A DNA stretch of 32,000 nucleotides from Pseudoalteromonas translucida KMM 520 (GTDB lineage Bacteria > Pseudomonadota > Gammaproteobacteria > Enterobacterales > Alteromonadaceae): the NCBI RefSeq assembly GCF_001465295.1, contig NZ_CP011034.1, positions 1,590,001 to 1,622,000 of the forward strand. Direction: 5' to 3'. The notes beneath the pieces are model-generated. The model saw only the letters and a list, made by a program, of their open reading frames with translations, ran no database searches and had not been told where the DNA came from. The position numbers and the translations under genes were made by a program. Positions 18,790 to 27,436 of the stretch are shown piece by piece; the first letter of the stretch is position 1; the number at the start of each line of letters is the position of its first letter.

Positions 18790-20607
18790 ATGTTTGTAAG
18801 TTTATTAGTTTTATCAGCTAGTGTGGCGTATGACAGCCATTTACCTCCTTTGTTGCCATGGCAAGGGCAAAGCATATCCCTAATGCAAAAAGCAGGTCCG
18901 CTGACCACTGACTTTGAACTATCCTCTGGTGAAGCCTCACCAAGTTATGCCGATACGATGGCCTTTGTAGACAGACTGGTTGCTGCGAACCCAACGCAAT
19001 TTAAAGCTCAAACAATTGGTTACAGCAATAGCAAACGGGCTATAAAAATGTTGATCGCCAGCGAGCAAGGGTATTTTCAAGCCAGTCAAATAGCAAACGA
19101 TACTAAACCGACCATTTTTGTTCAAGCGGGTATTCATGGCGGAGAAATTGACGGTAAAGATGCCATGTTTATGTTGCTCAGAGATATAGCAACAGGTAAG
19201 CGCCGCGATATTTTAAAAAACGTTAATATTTTATTTATTCCTATTTTAAACGTAGATGGCCACGAGCGTAGCAGTGCATTTAATCGTATTAATCAGCGCG
19301 GCCCGGTAAAAATGGGTTTTAGAACCAATGGCAATAATCTAAATTTAAATCGTGATTTTACTAAACTCGATACACCAGAAATTAAAAGTGTTTTAAAAGT
19401 AATTAACGACTACAACCCTAATTTGTATATTGATGTACATGTAACCGACGGTGCAGATTATCAATACGATGTAACCTATGGCTACAATCCGGTGTTTGCT
19501 AGCGAGTCGCCGGCGGTATCAGATACACTCAATCAGCTTTTTAAACCTTTAATAGATGAAAAGCTGGTATCGCAAGGGCATATACCAGGACCACTGGTAT
19601 TTGTTATGGACAAGCGCGAATTTAAAAGTGGCCTAGCGGGTTGGGTAGCTACGCCCAGATACTCTAACGGCTGGGGAGATTTAAAGTCATTACCGACGAT
19701 TCTCGTTGAAAACCATTCATTAAAACCTTATAAACAACGTGTTTTGGGGACGTATGTGTTTTTAGATGGCGCAATAAATGCGCTTGCAGAGCATAGTAAT
19801 GAATTAGTAGCTGCGGTAAAAAAAGAGCAAGCATTTATTCCTAAACAACTTAGTGTTAGGCGCGGTTATGCTGAACAAGCAAACGAAATAGAATTTAAAG
19901 GCATAAGTTACGCGCGAGAACAAAATGCACTTTCTGGGCAAGTAGAAGTTAAATATTTAGGTAGCAAGCAAGACTACACTAACCTTCCTATTTATTGGCA
20001 AAAAGAGGTGTTGCATACAGTTGAAGTACCTAAAGCATTCTTTATTCCGCCAGTGTATAGCGACCTTGTAGCAAAACTTAAATTGCATGGTGTGGAGCTT
20101 ACTCAGCTTGAAGGGGTAAATACTCAACCATTAAAAGTTGCCAAAGTAAAAGATTACACTTTTGATAAAGCCCCCTTTGAAGGGCGATTTAGAGTCTCGG
20201 CAAACTTTGATTATGTTGCCGCAATTAATGTTGATTTAAATGGCTGGTATCAAGTGAACACGCAGCAAAAAGCAGGCGAGCTGGCGGTGCATTTATTACA
20301 CCCCGAAGCGCCTGACTCATTTTTTGCGTGGGGCGAATTTAATACTATTTTTCAGCGTACTGAGTACATGGAAAACTATGCATTAATTCCTTATGCTCGC
20401 CAAATGCTCAAAAATAATCCTAAATTAGCGCTCGCATTCGATAAGAAGATTAATGAAGATAAGGTATTTGCCAAAGATGCCGATGCGCGTTTAAATTGGT
20501 TGTATGAGCAGAGCCCATTTTACGATCAAGCTTATTTAAAATATCCAATATTAATGTCTTTTGAAGAAGACATTGTACTTGCTGAGCAAAAAGATAAAGA
20601 AATTTAA
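18790..20607 (+). CDS. M14 family zinc metallopeptidase (carboxypeptidase-like) with a large C-terminal extension
   Basis: The zinc/catalytic motifs are GIHGGEIDG (HxxE), NLNRDF and DVHVTDG. The hydrophobic N-terminus MFVSLLVLSASVA resembles a signal peptide but lacks a basic n-region. TTG 18775 is an alternative start 5 codons upstream. Confidence 0.85.
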   Translation: MFVSLLVLSASVAYDSHLPPLLPWQGQSISLMQKAGPLTTDFELSSGEASPSYADTMAFVDRLVAANPTQFKAQTIGYSNSKRAIKMLIASEQGYFQASQIANDTKPTIFVQAGIHGGEIDGKDAMFMLLRDIATGKRRDILKNVNILFIPILNVDGHERSSAFNRINQRGPVKMGFRTNGNNLNLNRDFTKLDTPEIKSVLKVINDYNPNLYIDVHVTDGADYQYDVTYGYNPVFASESPAVSDTLNQLFKPLIDEKLVSQGHIPGPLVFVMDKREFKSGLAGWVATPRYSNGWGDLKSLPTILVENHSLKPYKQRVLGTYVFLDGAINALAEHSNELVAAVKKEQAFIPKQLSVRRGYAEQANEIEFKGISYAREQNALSGQVEVKYLGSKQDYTNLPIYWQKEVLHTVEVPKAFFIPPVYSDLVAKLKLHGVELTQLEGVNTQPLKVAKVKDYTFDKAPFEGRFRVSANFDYVAAINVDLNGWYQVNTQQKAGELAVHLLHPEAPDSFFAWGEFNTIFQRTEYMENYALIPYARQMLKNNPKLALAFDKKINEDKVFAKDADARLNWLYEQSPFYDQAYLKYPILMSFEEDIVLAEQKDKEI

Positions 20608-20608
20608 G

Positions 20609-21250
20609 ATGCATATAATTACAATACCCGTTACTGCTTTTTCACAAAACTGTCGCATTATTGCATGCTCGCAAAGCAAACAAGCTGTGGTAGTAGACCC
20701 AGGTGGCGATTGCAACAAAATTGTGGCGGCATTAAAACAGCACGATTTAACGTTAACAGCAATTTGGTTAACGCATGGCCATTTAGATCATGTTGGCGCC
20801 GCTGATGCCTTGCGTAGTACCTATAATGTGAAAATAATTGGGCCACATAAAGATGAGCACTTTTGGTTTGAAAACTTACCAATGCAAGCACACATGTTTG
20901 GTTTTGCAGCGGTTACTGCTTTTTATCCAGATGAGTGGCTAGTACACGACGATATAATACGCGTTGGGGAGTTGAGCTTTACCGTAAAGCATTGTCCTGG
21001 GCATACTCCAGGTCATGTGGTGTTTTATCATCCGCAACAGCAGTGTGTTATTGTGGGTGATGTAATATTTAAAGGCTCAGTAGGGCGCACGGATTTCCCC
21101 AAAGGGGATGCTCAGCAGTTAATTACCTCAATTAAAACGCAAATAATGACGCTCCCCGATAATACCCACATACTTGCAGGGCATGGCAGCGACACGAACG
21201 TAGGCTACGAAAAACAAAACAATCCTTTTATAAGTGGGCAGTTTGGTTAA
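20609..21250 (+). CDS. gloC: Metallo-beta-lactamase fold hydrolase, YcbL/GloC-type hydroxyacylglutathione hydrolase
   Basis: MHIITIPVTAFSQNCRIIAC, THGHLDHVGA (HxHxDH), HCPGHTPGHVVF and GDVIFKGSVGRTDFPKGD are near-collinear with E. coli YcbL as I recall it. It is 213 aa. Its ATG lies 1 nt after the peptidase stop (TAAgATG). Track start 20561 is inside the peptidase gene. Confidence 0.82.
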   Translation: MHIITIPVTAFSQNCRIIACSQSKQAVVVDPGGDCNKIVAALKQHDLTLTAIWLTHGHLDHVGAADALRSTYNVKIIGPHKDEHFWFENLPMQAHMFGFAAVTAFYPDEWLVHDDIIRVGELSFTVKHCPGHTPGHVVFYHPQQQCVIVGDVIFKGSVGRTDFPKGDAQQLITSIKTQIMTLPDNTHILAGHGSDTNVGYEKQNNPFISGQFG

Positions 21251-21344
21251 TGCTGAGTAAATAATTTTTTTGCCAAAAACAAGCAGACTGTTTTTTAAAA
21301 CGCATGTATAATTTAGCCAGTTTATCTGATAAATAAGAAATAAA

Positions 21345-21803
21345 ATGTCTCTAAATCACGTAGATCGCCAAATTTTGGCACTTTTGCAGCAAGATGCTAG
21401 TTTATCAACCGCTGAAATAGCAGATAAAGTAGGTTTGTCGCAATCTCCTTGTTGGCGCCGTATTGCTAAGCTAGAGCAAGATGGTTACATAAAAAGTAAA
21501 GTTGCACTCTTAGATGAGAAAAAACTGGGCTTTGATATGCTGGTTTATGCTCATGTGCGTTTATCGAACCACGGTAAAAAGAACCTTGCTGAATTTGAAA
21601 AACTAATATTGAGTTACGATCAAGTAACGGAATGTTACACTATGGCCGGCACCATGGACTTTATGCTGCGTATTATTTCACAAGGTATTGAGGGCTACGA
21701 GCACTTTGTACGTGATAACTTGCTTAGCTTAGAGTACGTTCAAGAAGTACATTCTAATGTGACCATGACTTGCGTTAAACGCAGTACTGCTCTACCTCTG
21801 TAA
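21345..21803 (+). CDS. Lrp/AsnC family transcriptional regulator
   Basis: The 152-aa product has the HTH_AsnC motif DRQILALLQQDASLSTAEIADKVGLSQSPCWRRIAKLEQDGYI, followed by an AsnC/RAM ligand domain. Confidence 0.9.
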   Translation: MSLNHVDRQILALLQQDASLSTAEIADKVGLSQSPCWRRIAKLEQDGYIKSKVALLDEKKLGFDMLVYAHVRLSNHGKKNLAEFEKLILSYDQVTECYTMAGTMDFMLRIISQGIEGYEHFVRDNLLSLEYVQEVHSNVTMTCVKRSTALPL

Positions 21804-21813
21804 CCAAATATCT

Positions 21814-21846
21814 ATTAACGCTAGGTACTTATTGCTTAGCGTTAAT
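21814..21846. repeat. Perfect 10-bp-arm inverted repeat ATTAACGCTA-N13-TAGCGTTAAT (terminator without U-tract, or operator)
   Basis: Seen directly. It lies 11 nt after the Lrp-family stop and immediately upstream of the candidate SulP promoter. Confidence 0.5.
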
Positions 21847-21859
21847 GCAGTATTGACAA

Positions 21860-21888
21860 TTGTTAACTGGGTGCTTTTTTGATAGAAT
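21860..21888 (+). promoter_or_regulatory. Candidate promoter of the SulP gene
   Basis: TTGTTA (21860-65), a 17-nt spacer, then TAGAAT (21883-88) with an extended -10 TG at 21880-81. The consensus TTGACA at 21853-58 is 24 nt from the -10, too far to pair with it. Confidence 0.35.
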
Positions 21889-21934
21889 TCAGCGCTTTTT
21901 TGTTACCCGTCTATGAAAACACTTGAGGAACTCA

Positions 21935-23491
21935 ATGTTTAACTTACTCAGCAAAGCGCCAAGCTCTGCTAAAAACGATATCCTATCTGGATTAACCGTG
22001 GCATTAGCCTTGGTCCCAGAAGCTGTTGCGTTTGCCTTTGTTGCAAATGTAGAACCTTTAGTTGGACTCTATGCCGCGTTTATCGTTGGTTTAATTACGG
22101 CTATTTTCGGTGGTCGCCCTGGTATGATTTCTGGCGCAACCGGTGCCTTAGCTGTTGTTATGGTAAGTTTAGTGTTTGATCATGGGGTTGAATATTTATT
22201 TGCCACTGTGCTGCTAATGGGCATACTGCAAATACTTGCTGGAGTTTTTAAGCTCGGAAAGTTTATTCGTATGGTGCCGCACCCAGTAATGCTCGGCTTT
22301 GTTAACGGCTTAGCCATAGTGATATTTTTAGCTCAGCTGGGGCAATTTAAAGTTCCCGATGGCATGGGTGGTCAACAATGGATGACAGGTAATCCATTGT
22401 TTATTATGTTGGGGTTAGTAGCACTAACCATGGCTATTATTCACTTTTTACCTAAATTAACTACAGCAATTCCATCGTCATTAGTTGCGATAGTAACGGT
22501 TACAGCCATTGTAATTGGCTTTGATTTGCAAGCGCACACCGTACTTGATTTCCTAAAAGGGATGACAGGCGATGAAGCGGTAACGATTGCTGGCGGTTTA
22601 CCAGAATTTCATATTCCTATGGTGCCATTTACCTTAGATACTTTTATTATTATTTTCCCTTATGCACTTATTTTAGCAGCGATTGGTTTAATTGAATCTT
22701 TATTAACGCTTAGCCTAATTGACGAAATTACAGAAACGCGTGGGCATAGTAACAAAGAGTGTATAGGCCAAGGCGCTGCAAATATTACTTGTGGCATGTT
22801 TGGTGCTATGGGTGGTTGTGCCATGATAGGTCAGTCAATGATCAATATTAACTCAGGTGGGCGTTCGCGTTTATCGGGCATTAGTGCTGCGCTAATATTA
22901 CTCGCGTTTATTATTTTTGCCTCAGGTTTAATTGAAATGATCCCACTGGCTGCTTTGGTTGGTGTGATGTTTATGGTGGTGTTGGGTACTTTTGAATGGG
23001 CAAGCTTTAAAATGATGAAGCGTGTACCACTGTCTGATGCATTTGTAATTGTATTAGTGTCGGGTGTTACCGTTATTACCGACTTAGCCATTGCAGTGTG
23101 TGTGGGTGTGATTGTATCGGCATTGGTATTTGCTTGGCAGCATGCAAAGCATATATACACAACCAACTATATTGATGAACAAGGTGCTAAAGTATATGAG
23201 TTACATGGGCCGCTGTTTTTTGGTTCGGTTAAAAACTTTGTTGAATTATTCGATGTAAAAAGCGACCCTGACGATATTATTATCGAATTTAAATATAGTC
23301 GTGTGGCCGATCACAGTGCCATTGAGGCAATTGATAGCTTAGCTGATAAATATAAAAAAGCAGGCAAAAAATTACACCTACGACACTTAAGTAAAGACTG
23401 TACGCAATTGCTACATAAAGCACGCGATTTAGTTCAAGTTAATGTAATTGAAGATCCAACCTATAAAGTAGTATCTGATAAGCTTGCTTAA
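21935..23491 (+). CDS. SulP family inorganic anion transporter with C-terminal STAS domain
   Basis: It shows the SulP N-terminal pattern [21 protein letters not shown] and has many TM segments. The C-terminal STAS-like region is [13 protein letters not shown] ... [19 protein letters not shown]. The ATG at 21935 is preceded by GAGGAA with 4-nt spacing. Track TTG 21923 overlaps that SD. Confidence 0.9.
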   Translation: MFNLLSKAPSSAKNDILSGLTVALALVPEAVAFAFVANVEPLVGLYAAFIVGLITAIFGGRPGMISGATGALAVVMVSLVFDHGVEYLFATVLLMGILQILAGVFKLGKFIRMVPHPVMLGFVNGLAIVIFLAQLGQFKVPDGMGGQQWMTGNPLFIMLGLVALTMAIIHFLPKLTTAIPSSLVAIVTVTAIVIGFDLQAHTVLDFLKGMTGDEAVTIAGGLPEFHIPMVPFTLDTFIIIFPYALILAAIGLIESLLTLSLIDEITETRGHSNKECIGQGAANITCGMFGAMGGCAMIGQSMININSGGRSRLSGISAALILLAFIIFASGLIEMIPLAALVGVMFMVVLGTFEWASFKMMKRVPLSDAFVIVLVSGVTVITDLAIAVCVGVIVSALVFAWQHAKHIYTTNYIDEQGAKVYELHGPLFFGSVKNFVELFDVKSDPDDIIIEFKYSRVADHSAIEAIDSLADKYKKAGKKLHLRHLSKDCTQLLHKARDLVQVNVIEDPTYKVVSDKLA

Positions 23492-23527
23492 TTTAAATTA
23501 AACAATAATTTAGTAAATAAATACGTT

Positions 23528-23559
23528 AAAAGCGAAAGGTTTATTCCTTTCGCTTTTTT
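23528..23559 (+). terminator. Intrinsic terminator of the SulP gene
   Basis: AGCGAAAGG (23531-39) pairs with CCTTTCGCT (23546-54) around a 6-nt loop. Flanking A/T pairs extend the stem, and T6 follows. Confidence 0.85.
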
Positions 23560-23686
23560 ATGCGTACCAATCGATGCGATCAATACCTGTTTGCGGTAAG
23601 GCTCTTAAAAAGCAAGACAGTTGGTAGTGCTAAGCGTTTATATAACTCGATATAATAGTGACAAATACACAGGGTAATAATTTATT

Positions 23687-24757
23687 TTGAATTGGCAATC
23701 TTTGATTGATAACAGACAGCGTTTTTTTTGGCTCTTGCAAGTAGCAGGCTGGATTGGTTACGCCTTGGTAAATTATATCGGCTCTAAAGTATTTGAGATG
23801 CGCGATATTTACGTATTTGTTATTTTATTAAATGCCTACGCAGGCTGTTTAATGACAGTGCCACTGCGCTATATTTACCGAAAAATTTGGCATGCCTCAC
23901 CCTGGGTGTTAATGCTGGTTGTATTTAGTGCGTCGTATATTACGGGCACCTTATGGGCTGTGGTACAAAAATTTAATTTATGGGAAATATACCGCCATGG
24001 CTATCGGCCAGAAGAGTGGTTTTACTACCTGCAGCAAGGCTTAGATTCGGTATACATAATTTTATGTTGGAGTGGTTTATACTTTGGCGTTAAGTATTAC
24101 CAGCTATTACAAAGTGAGCGTCAAAAAGCACTAAAAGCCACTACTATGGCGCACGAAGCACAATTGAAAATGCTTAGGTATCAGTTAAATCCCCACTTTT
24201 TATTTAATACCCTCAATGCTATTTCTACATTAATTTTGGTAAAAGAGAACAAAGATGCTAATTTAATGGTGTCAAAATTAAGTGACTTTTTACGTTATAC
24301 ACTTAACACAGATCCAATTAAAAAAGTGCCGCTAGAGCAAGAGTTACATGCCTTAATGCTTTACTTAGAAATAGAGCGAGTGCGGTTTGATGAACGCTTA
24401 AAAGTAAATGTAGAAATTAGTGAGCAAGCAAAGCAGGCATTAGTGCCGAGCTTGATTTTACAACCTATTATAGAAAATGCGATTAAGTATGCAATTGCAC
24501 ACTTAGTAGAGGGCGGTGTAATAGATATTAAGGCGCAAGTGTTTGCTAATGAATTATTACTTGAAGTAGGTGATAATGGACCAGGAACAGAACTAGTTAA
24601 TGGTCAGTTGGTAAATGCTCAAGGTGTAGGCGTTGCAAATACCAAGGATAGATTAAAAACGCTCTACGAAAATAATTATTCGTTTGTATTATCGCATAAT
24701 ACGCCAAGTGGATTAAAAGTTAATCTGCGAGTACCGTTTGAGAAGGCAGTAAAGTAA
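23687..24757 (+). CDS. Membrane sensor histidine kinase of the LytS/AlgZ (His_kinase PF06580-type) class, no GAF domain
   Basis: The N-terminal about 140 aa is hydrophobic with multiple TM segments. The phospho-acceptor region LRYQLNPHFLFNTLNAISTLI follows. The ATPase boxes are QPIIENAIKYA and GVGVANTKDRL. It needs TTG 23687, because the first ATG would remove the first TM segment. Confidence 0.82.
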   Translation: MNWQSLIDNRQRFFWLLQVAGWIGYALVNYIGSKVFEMRDIYVFVILLNAYAGCLMTVPLRYIYRKIWHASPWVLMLVVFSASYITGTLWAVVQKFNLWEIYRHGYRPEEWFYYLQQGLDSVYIILCWSGLYFGVKYYQLLQSERQKALKATTMAHEAQLKMLRYQLNPHFLFNTLNAISTLILVKENKDANLMVSKLSDFLRYTLNTDPIKKVPLEQELHALMLYLEIERVRFDERLKVNVEISEQAKQALVPSLILQPIIENAIKYAIAHLVEGGVIDIKAQVFANELLLEVGDNGPGTELVNGQLVNAQGVGVANTKDRLKTLYENNYSFVLSHNTPSGLKVNLRVPFEKAVK

Positions 24758-25581
24758 TGATAAAAATAAAAACACTTATAGTTGATGATGAGCCGTTAGC
24801 ACGTAGGGGCTTAGCTGTAAGGCTTGAAGAATTTGCTGACATTGAAGTGATCAAACAATGTAGTTCCGGTGCAGATGCGATTGAAATATGTAAAAGTCAA
24901 AAAATAGATCTCATTTTTTTAGATATTCAAATGCCTGGCATGAACGGCTTTGAAGTTGCCCGCGCGTTAAGCGAAAGTACGCGAGTATTACCAGCGATTG
25001 TTTTTGTTACTGCTTTTGATCAGTTTGCAGTTAAAGCATTTGAAATACATGCTTTAGATTATATTTTAAAACCCGTTGATGACAACAGACTTAAGCAGGC
25101 GGTAGAAAAAGTGCATACTTATTTAAAAACGCAGCAAGACAACGCTCATAAGAAAAAACTAGCAAGCTTTGTCGCTGGGATCACAGGTAATAATTGCGAA
25201 GAAATACTTAAAAAATTAGCCACAGGCGACACATTAACTGATAGACGTTACCCAGAGTCGCTTGCCGTAAAAGAGCAGGGCGAAATAATTCGTGTGCCAG
25301 TTGTTACTATTCAATGGGTTGATGCTGCGGGTGATTATATGTGCCTACATTGCCAAGATGGGCAAACACATATATTACGCAAAACCATGAAAGAGCTTGA
25401 ACAAGAGCTTGATCCACAGTTGTTTGTACGCGTGCATCGCAGTGCAATTGTAAATACTAAACAAATCAGTAAATTGGTTACTCAAGTAAGTGGTGAATAT
25501 TTATTAGTACTTGAAAACGGCCAAGAGCTTAAAGTGAGCCGTAGCTACCGCGATAAAGTAAAAGCAGCATTAGCGAGTTAA
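24757..25581 (+). CDS. LytR/AlgR family response regulator (receiver + LytTR DNA-binding domain)
   Basis: The receiver motifs are LIVDDEPLARRGL, DLIFLDIQMPGMNG and LDYILKP. The C-terminal LytTR region is FVRVHRSAIVN ... LKVSRSYRDKV. Its ATG overlaps the kinase stop (TAATG). Confidence 0.9.
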   Translation: MIKIKTLIVDDEPLARRGLAVRLEEFADIEVIKQCSSGADAIEICKSQKIDLIFLDIQMPGMNGFEVARALSESTRVLPAIVFVTAFDQFAVKAFEIHALDYILKPVDDNRLKQAVEKVHTYLKTQQDNAHKKKLASFVAGITGNNCEEILKKLATGDTLTDRRYPESLAVKEQGEIIRVPVVTIQWVDAAGDYMCLHCQDGQTHILRKTMKELEQELDPQLFVRVHRSAIVNTKQISKLVTQVSGEYLLVLENGQELKVSRSYRDKVKAALAS

Positions 25582-25611
25582 TATTGCAGTTAGTTGTTGT
25601 AGGGTAAATAC

Positions 25612-25639
25612 AAAAAAAGCGAGCTAAGCTCGCTTTTTT
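25612..25639. terminator. Bidirectional intrinsic terminator between the response regulator gene and pykA
   Basis: GCGAGC (25619-24) pairs with GCTCGC (25628-33) around a 3-nt loop. It is flanked by A7 and T6. Confidence 0.85.
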
Positions 25640-25663
25640 GTATTTAAGTTACTGTATTAAGTA

Positions 25664-27100
25664 TTAGCTTACAGTAACAATTTTCATGGTGTTAGTTGCG
25701 CCCACAGTTTCCATAGAGTCACCGTGAGTAATAATAACAGTATCACCAGACTCTAAAGCACCTTGTTCAACAAGTGTTGCAAGTGCCGCTTTAACCATAC
25801 CGTCTTTTTCAGTTTTAGTAGAATCAAAAAATACTGGATAAACACCACGGTATAGTGCAGTTTGCCCTAGTGTACTGGCGTGGCGAGAAAGCGAGTAAAT
25901 AGGTAAACCAGAGCTTATACGCGACATTAACTTAGCCGTACTACCTGATTCAGTTAAAGTTACAATTGCTTTTACTGAATCTAAGTGGTTTGCTGCATAC
26001 ATAGCCGAAAGGGCGATAGATTCTGCGTTACTTGAAAAACGACTATCTAAACGATGTTTAGAAACATGAGTTTCTTTTTGCGACTCAGCACCTAAACAAA
26101 CACGTGCCATAGTAGCAACAGTTTCTTCAGGGTAATCACCAGCGGCTGTTTCAGCCGAAAGCATCACTGCATCAGTACCATCAAGCACAGCGTTGGCAAC
26201 ATCCATTACTTCAGCGCGTGTTGGCATTGGATTGTCGATCATCGATTCCATCATTTGCGTCGCAGTAATAACGGTACGGTTTAATGAACGCGCACGGCGA
26301 ATAATGAGTTTTTGCTTGCCCATTAGCGCGGCATCACCAATTTCAACACCTAAATCACCACGGGCAACCATCACCGCATCAGACGCGAGAATAATATCAT
26401 CAACGGCTTCTTGTGTTTCAACGGCTTCTGCACGTTCAATTTTTGCCAATAACTGCGCTTTCGAACCTGCGGCTTCTGCTAGTGAGCGTACGTAGCGCAT
26501 ATCATCGCCACTGCGTGGGAATGAAACGGCTATATAATCAACGTCAATTTCTGCAGCAGTAAGTAAGTCTTCTTTGTCTTTTTCTGTAAATGCAGGAGCA
26601 GTTAAGCCACCGCCTAAACGGTTAATCCCTTTATTGTTAGATAAAACACCGCCAACAGTTACAGTACAATGTACTAAGTGGCCAACAACTTCGTTAACGC
26701 GTAGCTGAATAAGGCCATCGTTTAACAGCAGTAAATCATTAGCGCTTACATCGTTAGGTAGTTCTTTGTAATCTATACCAACAGCGTTAATATCGCCTTC
26801 GCCTAATCCCATTTTTGCATCAAGGGTAAATTTGGCACCAACAGCAAGGGTTACTTTACCTTCTTTAAAGGTAGAAACACGAATTTTAGGGCCTTGTAAG
26901 TCAGCAAGAATAGCAATATGTTTGCCTAAGCGTTTAGCAATTTCGCGTACCGCTTGGGCACGGTCTTTATGATCTTGTGCCACACCGTGTGAGAAGTTTA
27001 AACGTACGACATTTGCACCTGCGCAAATAATTTTTTCTAAGTTGTTATCTCTATCAGTAGCAGGCCCTAGTGTCGCGACTATTTTTGTGCGTCTTAGCAT
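25664..27100 (-). CDS. pykA: Pyruvate kinase II
   Basis: The 478-aa product starts [52 protein letters not shown] and [43 protein letters not shown] are near-collinear with E. coli PykA. The SD GGAGA lies 5 nt upstream. Confidence 0.95.
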   Translation of the reverse strand: MLRRTKIVATLGPATDRDNNLEKIICAGANVVRLNFSHGVAQDHKDRAQAVREIAKRLGKHIAILADLQGPKIRVSTFKEGKVTLAVGAKFTLDAKMGLGEGDINAVGIDYKELPNDVSANDLLLLNDGLIQLRVNEVVGHLVHCTVTVGGVLSNNKGINRLGGGLTAPAFTEKDKEDLLTAAEIDVDYIAVSFPRSGDDMRYVRSLAEAAGSKAQLLAKIERAEAVETQEAVDDIILASDAVMVARGDLGVEIGDAALMGKQKLIIRRARSLNRTVITATQMMESMIDNPMPTRAEVMDVANAVLDGTDAVMLSAETAAGDYPEETVATMARVCLGAESQKETHVSKHRLDSRFSSNAESIALSAMYAANHLDSVKAIVTLTESGSTAKLMSRISSGLPIYSLSRHASTLGQTALYRGVYPVFFDSTKTEKDGMVKAALATLVEQGALESGDTVIITHGDSMETVGATNTMKIVTVS

Positions 27101-27145
27101 TTAATTCTCCTGTATGCTTAATTTTAAGCAGATTGACGGTTATTT

Positions 27146-27159
27146 TGTTTTATAAAACA
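27146..27159. promoter_or_regulatory. Perfect 14-bp palindrome TGTTTTATAAAACA upstream of pykA (candidate operator)
   Basis: Seen directly, 46-59 bp upstream of the pykA ATG. With its left flank it reads TTGT-N8-ACAG. Confidence 0.3.
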
Positions 27160-27243
27160 GTTACCATTAGCTGGTAAGTTTTAGTTATGGACAATTTTTA
27201 TTGTATTGCCACTATTATATACAAAATGAATGTGCAATCATTA

Positions 27244-27257
27244 TGACACCGGTGTCA
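27244..27257. promoter_or_regulatory. Perfect 14-bp GC-rich palindrome TGACACCGGTGTCA in the pykA/gnd intergenic region (candidate operator)
   Basis: Seen directly. It overlaps the left arm of an 8-bp inverted repeat TCAGGGGG (27255-62) / CCCCCTGA (27303-10). Confidence 0.3.
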
Positions 27258-27323
27258 GGGGGCGTCAATGATCTATAAATTTTTAATCTAGCGACTATTT
27301 CTCCCCCTGAGTCCGCTGTTGTT

Positions 27324-27373
27324 TGATATAATTACATTGTGATAAAAGTATATTTTTTTGCTCATGATATAAT
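27324..27373 (+). promoter_or_regulatory. Two tandem extended -10 elements (TGATATAAT) upstream of gnd
   Basis: TGATATAATTACA lies at 27324-36 and TGATATAATACA at 27365-76. They are 41 bp apart and 64-105 nt upstream of the gnd ATG. Both have poor -35 regions. Confidence 0.35.
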
Positions 27374-27436
27374 ACACGTGCCAAAGTATTTATTTAAATT
27401 AACTAACCAATTAGTTGTTACCGAGGAGGGCACTAA

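Noticed and set aside
20561-20608. 5' extension of the gloC-like ORF into the peptidase gene (MKKTLYLLSKKIKKFK)
   Set aside because: It lies entirely inside the M14 coding region in another frame. The YcbL-like homology begins exactly at ATG 20609.
22831-23166. 111-aa antisense ORF inside the SulP gene
   Set aside because: It is fully embedded antisense in a well-supported gene. It has a low-complexity T/I/A/N-rich translation, no SD and no recognisable domain. The same reasoning applies to the other 60-100-aa antisense ORFs in the track. Examples are 543-794, 3453-3737, 4228-4518, 8010-8225, 11926-12213, 12953-13192, 29263-29496 and 31275-31529.
26193-26495. 100-aa ORF antisense to pykA
   Set aside because: Its S/A/I-rich translation is typical of the reverse frame of a GC-balanced gene. 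It has no start context and lies inside the most conserved part of pykA.
27321-27336. TTTGATATAATTACA read as a HexR-type TGTAAT-N3-ATTACA operator
   Set aside because: Only the right half-site (ATTACA) matches, and the left half is 4/6 at best. The sequence is better explained as an extended -10 promoter element that is duplicated at 27365.
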